Shown here piece after piece: positions 29,413 to 36,496 of a stretch of DNA of 55,671 nt. The position numbers and the translations under genes are program-made. Every line of letters starts with the position of its first letter. Positions within the stretch are counted from its first letter, which is position 1. The notes under the pieces were generated by a model, which saw only the letters and a program-made list of their open reading frames with translations, was not told where the DNA came from and ran no database searches. Source of the stretch: Candidatus Micrarchaeota archaeon (GTDB taxonomy: Archaea > Micrarchaeota > Micrarchaeia > Anstonellales > Bilamarchaeaceae); assembly GCA_016212505.1 (NCBI GenBank), contig JACRGB010000021.1:1-55671 (forward strand). The letters run 5' to 3'.

Positions 29413-29486
29413 ATGATGAATGTTCGACAGGCTGAGTGAACGGGTTCGCAAGGATTCGGGATCTATGAGGATACTTCTATCTCTGA
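29413..29486 (+). ncRNA. Box C/D sRNA 1
   Basis: C ATGATGA (29413), 12-nt guide, D' CTGA (29432), GCAA-capped hairpin, C' ATGAGGA (29465), 11-nt guide, D CTGA (29483). Confidence 0.8.
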
Positions 29487-29533
29487 ACCAATTCATCATC
29501 ATTTTTAATTCCGTCTTCTATAATCCCTACTTA

Positions 29534-29601
29534 TTGATGAAAATGCAATACCACTGAAATTTCTGGAAACAGAAATTAATGACGACGATCTTGAGTTCTG
29601 A
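29534..29601 (+). ncRNA. Box C/D sRNA 2, predicted tRNA-Leu(CAA) Cm34 guide
   Basis: C TTGATGA, 13-nt guide, D' CTGA (29554), AATTTCTG-GAAA-CAGAAATT hairpin, C' ATGACGA (29579), guide CGATCTTGAGTT, D CTGA (29598). Confidence 0.8.
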
Positions 29602-29713
29602 ATAAAATGAAGAACTCGAGATACGTGAACGCATTCACGAATATCTTGAGTTCTGAATAAAATGAAGAACTCGAGAGATGTGACCGTAGTCACATTGATC
29701 TTGAGTTCTGAAT
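29588..29713 (+). repeat. 55-bp-period tandem array of C/D-box hairpin units
   Basis: ATCTTGAGTTCTGAATAAAATGAAGAACTCGAGA at 29588 and 29643, partial third copy at 29698; two different 21-nt self-complementary spacers. Confidence 0.9.
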
Positions 29714-29733
29714 CAAAAATAAAAAGGGAAAAT

Positions 29734-30246
29734 ATGAACAAGGGGGTAGTTTTCGGGTCAGGCCTAGTTCTCGGCATAATTATTTGTTATTTTGCATACC
29801 CTCTGGTAGGTCATTCCGCAGTCACTCCAGTTTTCTCCCCTGATGATGGCCAGCAGGTAATTAATTTCATCAATAGCGCCCAAACTTCACTGGATGTTGA
29901 AGTCTATGTTTTTACTTCACATGATGCAGCTCTTGCAATAGAAAAAGCCAAATCGCGCGGGGTTAAGGTGCGAGTTATCCTGGAACCTGATGTTGATGGG
30001 TCTAATGACAAAATATTCGGCGAGTTATTATCGAGCGGAATAGAAGTTAGGTGGGCATCCAAATTCTATCGCCTTACCCACGCCAAATTTATCGTCGTGG
30101 ATGGGCAGGCTGTTTTGGTCGGTTCGCACAACTTGAGCAACGCTGCGCTCCGCCAAAACCGGGAAGCTTCAGTAATTGTTTATGATTCTTCGGTCGTTTC
30201 ACAATTTGAAAAAACATTCCAAACCGACTGGACGCTTGCTTCCTAA
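29734..30246 (+). CDS. Single-HKD phospholipase D/Nuc-like enzyme with N-terminal membrane anchor
   Basis: VFSP, RGVKVRVIL, HAKFIVVD..GSHN, NRE. Confidence 0.88.
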   Translation: MNKGVVFGSGLVLGIIICYFAYPLVGHSAVTPVFSPDDGQQVINFINSAQTSLDVEVYVFTSHDAALAIEKAKSRGVKVRVILEPDVDGSNDKIFGELLSSGIEVRWASKFYRLTHAKFIVVDGQAVLVGSHNLSNAALRQNREASVIVYDSSVVSQFEKTFQTDWTLAS

Positions 30247-30266
30247 AGGAAACTAAACGAACTGCC

Positions 30267-31262
30267 TTAGGTTCGCCTTTGCAATATGTACTGCCCATAA
30301 ATTTTTGCAAATAACCCATACTCACCACGGCCTAATTTCACGACCTGGCCACTTTCAAGCAATCTTCTTACGAGTGCCATCAGCGGGCCCTGGCCCATCC
30401 TGGTTTTCTTAGAAATTTCCGATATTCTCTGTGCATCCGGCTCTGCATACCTTGCAGTTTCTGCAAATTCTGCGAGCGCCTTTAGTATTTTTCTCTCACT
30501 CTCGCTAGATTGTGCATAAAGCTGCCCGAACCATTCGCTTTCGAGGTTGTTCATTATCTCATCCAGCTGCTCAAGGTAATGCGCTTTTGATATCATCTGC
30601 TCATTTTCTGCAAGCGTCTCATAAAGCTGCCCGCACATTATGTTTACGATTCGCGGGTTTGCGCTGCTGTCATTTACTATAGCGTTAAAGCATTCTTCGC
30701 CCATTTTCAGGTTCCTTTCCCTAAGGTCCTTTTCAATAAGTTCTTCAATATCGTGCTTGTTCAGATTCGCCAATACCATCTGATTTTCGATTTCATCATA
30801 GTGCAGTGTTGAACTGATAACGAAAATTACTCTTCCCTTGTTTTGGCCCGCTATCCTAAGCAGGCTGCTTATTATTGCAGGTGCGTTTTTCGATTTCTCC
30901 ATATCATCTATTAGTATGGCTAAAGGCTCATGCGGGCCATGCCCTGCTATTGCCCTAACCAATGTCTTGATTCCAGAATATTTTTTCTCCTTCCCGCTAG
31001 TTAATTGCCTCAGCACCTTATCTGCAATATCCCCCTCAGCTTCGCCGATTTCCACCTTTACATAGACTACTCCCATCCCTTTCCTTTGCGATTCTTTTTT
31101 CAAGAATTTCAAAATTGCGCTTTTGCCTATTCCAGATGGCCCCACTAAGAGTTCTACACCCGCACTTAACTGTTCCATATCCACTTTCAGATGACTCAGT
31201 TCCTTTTTCCTTCCGTAGATATCTCCGTGGGTTCTTATCTTATCCAAATAAGGCACAGTCAT
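30267..31262 (-). CDS. Archaeal-type AAA ATPase with C-terminal winged helix
   Basis: YGRKKEL, GPSGIGKS Walker A, ILIDD Walker B, ANPR, C-terminal wHTH (RGEY). Confidence 0.8.
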   Translation of the reverse strand: MTVPYLDKIRTHGDIYGRKKELSHLKVDMEQLSAGVELLVGPSGIGKSAILKFLKKESQRKGMGVVYVKVEIGEAEGDIADKVLRQLTSGKEKKYSGIKTLVRAIAGHGPHEPLAILIDDMEKSKNAPAIISSLLRIAGQNKGRVIFVISSTLHYDEIENQMVLANLNKHDIEELIEKDLRERNLKMGEECFNAIVNDSSANPRIVNIMCGQLYETLAENEQMISKAHYLEQLDEIMNNLESEWFGQLYAQSSESERKILKALAEFAETARYAEPDAQRISEISKKTRMGQGPLMALVRRLLESGQVVKLGRGEYGLFAKIYGQYILQRRT

Positions 31263-31344
31263 ATATACAATTTTTGTATAGTTTGTCTTTAATAGGCTTT
31301 GCCCAATCTAGGGGCTTTATATATGCCAAAAGCGCGTTACTCTC

Positions 31345-34300
31345 ATGAACTTGCGCCTAGTGGTGGGGTTAGTGTTACTTCTTCTCATCTCTAGTGTCTT
31401 TGCCGAAGTTTTCCAGCCGGCATTTAAGGAAACTCACGTAGTTATACAGCGAACTGACGAACCACTCAAAATACACCTCAAAATCAGCGTTCTTGTTTTT
31501 CCTCCTGAAGTTTCTGTTCCTGGTTTCCAGCAGGAATCAAATGTCCAGAGCATTATCAAGGCCTGCCAGCAGACTAAGCCCGATGAGGTAGAAAAATGTC
31601 TGCTTGAGAAAAGCTCAGAAGATCTGGATAATACCCAACGGGCCAAAAAAATCCCTGAAACTGCTGCAAATAAAGTCCTCAAAGTGGAATATCTAACTGC
31701 AGGCGGTTTTGCTTCCCTTGCAGGCTGCGACAATATCAAAACAGACCAGATGATGCCGGTACAATCCCCTTCTGGCGATCTGGTTAATTACTATTATGCA
31801 GTTTGTGATATTGACCTTAATCAGTTCAAGGGTACAAATAGGCTTATCATAAAAATCACGTTCATACCAGATGATCCAGCCCTCCAGTTTGCCCAGAATA
31901 CGATCACAATAGACAATGCTGCTGGAGGAACTGTAGTTGACCAGTTCAACACCAATCTCAATGATTTTATTGCAAGTGTTGCCAGTGCCGGCGGTACTGG
32001 AGTTGGTCCTGGCACTCTTCCTTGTTTTGGCGTCTTCCTTATTTTGGGACTGCTGCTTGCATCGATGTATTTTGCAGGCAAATCACCCATTTCGCTTCTT
32101 GATATTACCACCCCACGGCTCCCCACACCAAAAGGTGTAGTTGCAGGCGGTCAGGTGCTTGGCCCATTTGGTTATACTGAAATGAAAAATGCAACAAAAA
32201 TGAAGATGAAGGCGAATATGAAAGCCATTGAAGAAACAGTCAAAAAGCTGTCATTGGTCGGCCGACTAGATGGTACAACCAGGAACCTGATGAACTCAGT
32301 CACAAAAGGCCGGTTTGTTGACCGAAGCAAGGCACTTGGTGCAGGTGATGCAGCTGAGCAGCAGGCTGTAGTAAAAGGCCTTATCGCAGGAGGCCATCTT
32401 GTTGGCATAACTCCCGATCGCCTTGCCAATTTAACAAATAAGCTTCCTTATTATTACGGTCAGGAAGAACATCGTATCGCTGCAGATATTATAAGGCGGC
32501 TTGAGCTAAGCGGAGGCCAAAATGCCCTTCTTGCAATGACCATAAAAGACAGTCTTCTCGGAATCCGGACTTTCCAGAGCCTGGAAGTTCTTACCGGCCA
32601 TCCAGAGATGCGCAGGGAAGGTGGCTGGTACTATATGGCCACCGCCCCGCTTGGTAAAATGTTCGGTGCAAACCGGTATGCGATCCTTAGCGGTATCGTA
32701 ATGTCCGGAACCGATTCGATGTTCCGAAGCGGAAGGCTTATTGGTCGTATGACTTGGGCTGGAATAAAACATGCCCCGGTCATGGTAGGCGCAATTGCCA
32801 AGCAGCCTCTTAACTGGACCGGTGCAACTGCTGCACTTCAAAGAAAGGCCGCAACTTCTCCGGTTGCGAAGGCAATTTATGACTCAGTAACATATGCGCC
32901 AAAAATCGAAATCGGAAACATGTTCCCGATAATCGATAAGATGCAGTTCCATTACCGCACCCTGCGCGATGAAGTTTTGCGCGATGAAATGCGCTATGTC
33001 CTTAGGCAGATTTACCGGAAAATGGGCATTGAATTCAATATTAGCGAACAGCGGATGCTCGAGATGGGGCATAAGGATGTGGATATACTTCGCGAATCGA
33101 ACTACCATAATGCCCGCGCCAATCTTGCTGATGTTGAAAGGCAAATCAGGGCCATACTATCTGCTCCCCTCCTTATCCCTAATCCCCCTGCCGGCTTATC
33201 ATTTGCCCAGGAGGAGCACCATCGTGATGTCATCAAATTTCATGCTGATTTTAACAAGCTCGAGCAGCTCATTAATCTTGCAAACACCCATGGAGCACAT
33301 ATAGATGTCCGTGCCCTTAACCTCCGGGACCGCGTTGAACATATTGAAAATGATAATAATACCCCGGAATATTTCAAGGCACTTGCCCTTACTTCTGAAC
33401 TTGATGCTCATAATGTTGTCCGTACTAATGCCCTCTCGCAGCACACCGTTCGCGCTGATGATTATCATTGCCATGTCGGAGGGGACAGCCTAAGGGGAAC
33501 CGAAATCTGGGAAACACACGTACTTAGGAAAATGGTTTGGGATGCAGAAAACGGATATCTCACTCACGGGGGAATAGCCGAAGAGCTAAAAGCTGCAAGA
33601 TTAAATATTGTAAATCGGCTTGCGACGCTTGATCCTACTGCTGCAGACTCTTTAGGCAAACCAGGATATCTCCAGCTCCCAACATTTATGCATGATCTTG
33701 ATGATCTTCATGCAGTTGCAAGAAGAAACCGAAGTGACTTACTTTCCTTATTTACTGATGAAGGTAGGGCACATTTTGCAGATATTCGAAGCGCACAGGG
33801 CAAGGACCCAAACCTGAATAACGCTTCAATCGCTGAAATAGTATCTTTCATGGAAGGAGGAAGAATTCCAAAACACGGTGAGCTACAAGGAGGAAGAATG
33901 ATCCATTGGGTTGCCCAAGCGGAATTCGGGCTTCCCCAAAACAATACACTTGTTGATCTAAAAGGGCAGTGGGCAACTGGCCTTGAGGCAAGGAAAAATT
34001 TTGCCCTCTCACAATGGACCGAGTCCCGTTTCACGCGTGGTTATGCGGTGGCATACAAGGGTTCAATAGAAGCAGAGCTTAATGATCTTGAGCGCCGCCA
34101 GGGTGCTGCTTTTTCAGATAGTGAGCGGACTGAGCGGGCAAAAATGCTTTGGATACGTGACCTATTTGTCCAGGATATGGAGCAAAGGTTCAATTCCGTA
34201 TTTGGCCATAACACTTATGGGACCACACACGAAACAACAAGGTTCCATACTGGGGTTATTTGCGGATTCCTTCAAAAAGCACTTAAGGATGAAGGAAGGC

Positions 34301-36312
34301 CAGAAACTGATCCTCTTGTTCAGGAGCTTAATGATCTAAACACTGATGATCGCACTAAGCGTGGCAGGCTTCTTGAAATACTCACCCAGCATCAGGCTGC
34401 TTTTGAAAAACAGATTTACGATCGGGCTGCTGATGGTACCTTGACCCCAAAGAAAGTACATGAAAGTGATATCTCCGGTGCAAAAACCGCAATGGTTATG
34501 CTCCAGGAAGGGGGCTATGCTTATTACAAAAAAGGAATGATCCTTTCCGATCAGGACCGTATCCTTGGCGGGGAAATGTCGATCCGGGATCATAAAGGCC
34601 AGCTAAGAAAATTCGATCCTGATGATGTTACGGTTAAATTCGGGGATGACCCTCAGGGGCAGCACTTAGCTGGAATGTGGGGAAATCTACAATCTTTAAG
34701 ATCAAAATATACGATTGAAGCAGAGCGACAACATGCAGGGGGAATAGACGAGCAAGCCCGTTGGGGGCCTTTCGTTGCGGAGCTTCAAAATTGGGCAAAA
34801 TCCCCAGCATCCGGAAGCCAGGAAAGATACGAAAGACAAAAAGTGCTTGGTTCGGTACTCTGGAGATATGGCCAGACCACACACGACTATACGAGGTTCT
34901 GGCATGACTGTGATGTTTCAATTGCGGCAAAACGTGAAGTTACCCCTCTTACCCCAGGATTATTCAGGCACTTTGGTGCAGGTGACACTGCATTTGGTGA
35001 TGCCCTTGCATCGGCATACAAACCAATACGTGATCTTGCCTTGCCTGCGGGTGATTACCTGACAAGAATTGCGCTTCTTGCAGGCGGATCACTCTTTAAG
35101 GCATCTTATGATGTTATTCCAACTTCAGAATACTATCGTCAGCATTCAATGAAATTAGCAAGCAGGATATTTGCAAAAGAATTCGAATCTGGCCTTGATG
35201 ATGAGGAAAAAAGGCTCTACAATGCAGTTGCAATGTCACATGGCGCATATCATCAGGTATGGGACTATTGCATTGACCGGCACCCCGGAAGGACATCAAC
35301 TTCTTATGGCAGCCACAATGCCTGGGCAGGGTTTTTCCAGTTTGGCCCTTCCACCCAATATGGTGTAGCTGATAATCTGCGTGCTTATCTTGATAATGGG
35401 CAGTACTGGAACTTTATGTTCCATGGCGGTTTTGCAATGGACCTTGCAGGTGCTGCCTTTGCCCCATTTCTAAACCAGTTAAGGGGGCTTCAGATGTCGA
35501 TGCAGGGGTATGCATCAAAATGGGATGCAACTGATGATGCACTTAAGCAATGGGATTACACCACCCCCCGTGTCCGCGAATCTATGCAAATACTTAACCC
35601 ATTTGCATTTGGCCGTGGGCTTGAAGGGTTCGGATATAAGTTCCCCAAATTTATCGGGAATGTGATAAATAAACTTTCTTCAGTAAACTATATTGAAAGC
35701 TCACTTGAGCGCAGGCAACTTGCAGGGGTCGATTTCCAGAAAGGCCTTTGGCAGGCCCCTCAGGATATTTTCCTTACCCGTAAGGGAGTTTATATGAGCG
35801 CAAGAACCGATGAAGAAAATCCCGGGTTATCTCACACTAACTACCGAAAAGAAATCCGCATGGATGCAGGAATGATGGAATACCTTTTCCGTGGCCAGGA
35901 AGCATCTTACCTCTATGATGTTAATGCCCGCCGCATGGCAATGGAAAATACCGTAAGGAGAAATGTTGGTGCTGAAGCGCTAGCAATAAGGCGAAACCAG
36001 GAACTTTATTCGTTCGGAATTTTACAAAACTCAATGTGGGGCTGGGCAAACCCCCTTGCATTTGTATGGCACGTTCCTCCTCCTGGTTTTCCCCCATCAA
36101 TTACCCCTAAGGATATCATCACTAAATTTGTCGGCTGGGCAAAACATGGCCAACCATTCTTTGGCGGCGGCGGATTCTTCAAAAGTGCAGCATTCAATGT
36201 TACCACTTTCATGCAGCCACATAAGCTTAGCATGGTTGTTTATTGCCCTATGTGCAGTACCCCTAATTACCGGGGAAGCAGGTGCAGGACCTGCCGCAGT
36301 TTGCAGTACTGA
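31345..36312 (+). CDS. Giant (1655 aa) membrane protein: signal peptide, extracellular domain, TM, long cytoplasmic region, C-terminal Zn ribbon
   Basis: SSVFA cleavage site; TM FGVFLILGLLLASMYFA; terminal CPMC..CRTC. Confidence 0.8.
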   Translation: MNLRLVVGLVLLLLISSVFAEVFQPAFKETHVVIQRTDEPLKIHLKISVLVFPPEVSVPGFQQESNVQSIIKACQQTKPDEVEKCLLEKSSEDLDNTQRAKKIPETAANKVLKVEYLTAGGFASLAGCDNIKTDQMMPVQSPSGDLVNYYYAVCDIDLNQFKGTNRLIIKITFIPDDPALQFAQNTITIDNAAGGTVVDQFNTNLNDFIASVASAGGTGVGPGTLPCFGVFLILGLLLASMYFAGKSPISLLDITTPRLPTPKGVVAGGQVLGPFGYTEMKNATKMKMKANMKAIEETVKKLSLVGRLDGTTRNLMNSVTKGRFVDRSKALGAGDAAEQQAVVKGLIAGGHLVGITPDRLANLTNKLPYYYGQEEHRIAADIIRRLELSGGQNALLAMTIKDSLLGIRTFQSLEVLTGHPEMRREGGWYYMATAPLGKMFGANRYAILSGIVMSGTDSMFRSGRLIGRMTWAGIKHAPVMVGAIAKQPLNWTGATAALQRKAATSPVAKAIYDSVTYAPKIEIGNMFPIIDKMQFHYRTLRDEVLRDEMRYVLRQIYRKMGIEFNISEQRMLEMGHKDVDILRESNYHNARANLADVERQIRAILSAPLLIPNPPAGLSFAQEEHHRDVIKFHADFNKLEQLINLANTHGAHIDVRALNLRDRVEHIENDNNTPEYFKALALTSELDAHNVVRTNALSQHTVRADDYHCHVGGDSLRGTEIWETHVLRKMVWDAENGYLTHGGIAEELKAARLNIVNRLATLDPTAADSLGKPGYLQLPTFMHDLDDLHAVARRNRSDLLSLFTDEGRAHFADIRSAQGKDPNLNNASIAEIVSFMEGGRIPKHGELQGGRMIHWVAQAEFGLPQNNTLVDLKGQWATGLEARKNFALSQWTESRFTRGYAVAYKGSIEAELNDLERRQGAAFSDSERTERAKMLWIRDLFVQDMEQRFNSVFGHNTYGTTHETTRFHTGVICGFLQKALKDEGRPETDPLVQELNDLNTDDRTKRGRLLEILTQHQAAFEKQIYDRAADGTLTPKKVHESDISGAKTAMVMLQEGGYAYYKKGMILSDQDRILGGEMSIRDHKGQLRKFDPDDVTVKFGDDPQGQHLAGMWGNLQSLRSKYTIEAERQHAGGIDEQARWGPFVAELQNWAKSPASGSQERYERQKVLGSVLWRYGQTTHDYTRFWHDCDVSIAAKREVTPLTPGLFRHFGAGDTAFGDALASAYKPIRDLALPAGDYLTRIALLAGGSLFKASYDVIPTSEYYRQHSMKLASRIFAKEFESGLDDEEKRLYNAVAMSHGAYHQVWDYCIDRHPGRTSTSYGSHNAWAGFFQFGPSTQYGVADNLRAYLDNGQYWNFMFHGGFAMDLAGAAFAPFLNQLRGLQMSMQGYASKWDATDDALKQWDYTTPRVRESMQILNPFAFGRGLEGFGYKFPKFIGNVINKLSSVNYIESSLERRQLAGVDFQKGLWQAPQDIFLTRKGVYMSARTDEENPGLSHTNYRKEIRMDAGMMEYLFRGQEASYLYDVNARRMAMENTVRRNVGAEALAIRRNQELYSFGILQNSMWGWANPLAFVWHVPPPGFPPSITPKDIITKFVGWAKHGQPFFGGGGFFKSAAFNVTTFMQPHKLSMVVYCPMCSTPNYRGSRCRTCRSLQY

Positions 36313-36333
36313 AAATAAAGAACAACAAAAAAC

Positions 36334-36420
36334 AACAACAAAAAGAAACAAAAAAACTCAAAATAAATTCGCTCGAGAACCGTTCGAGTTTTTATTTTAG
36401 TTTTTTTCTATTTTGTTGTT
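36334..36420. terminator. Long A-rich/T-rich imperfect inverted repeat, probable terminator
   Basis: AACAACAAAA..AAAAAACTCAAAATAAA pairs with TTTATTTTAGTTTTTT..TTTTGTTGTT around a CTCGAG/TTCGAG core. Confidence 0.5.
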
Positions 36421-36496
36421 TCGAGTTTTGCCGAGTTCCAACTAATAACAATCGCTTTACTCTCTTTTTTATATTTTTCCTTCGATTATAAATCTG

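Noticed and set aside
29588-29713. CRISPR array
   Set aside because: Only two full repeats and one partial, 21-nt self-complementary spacers, no cas genes, and the repeat is explained by C/D boxes.
28649-31262. Complete TIGR-Tas system
   Set aside because: No Nop-domain, RuvC or HNH protein recognisable nearby, and the guide-position sequences are largely constant rather than variable.
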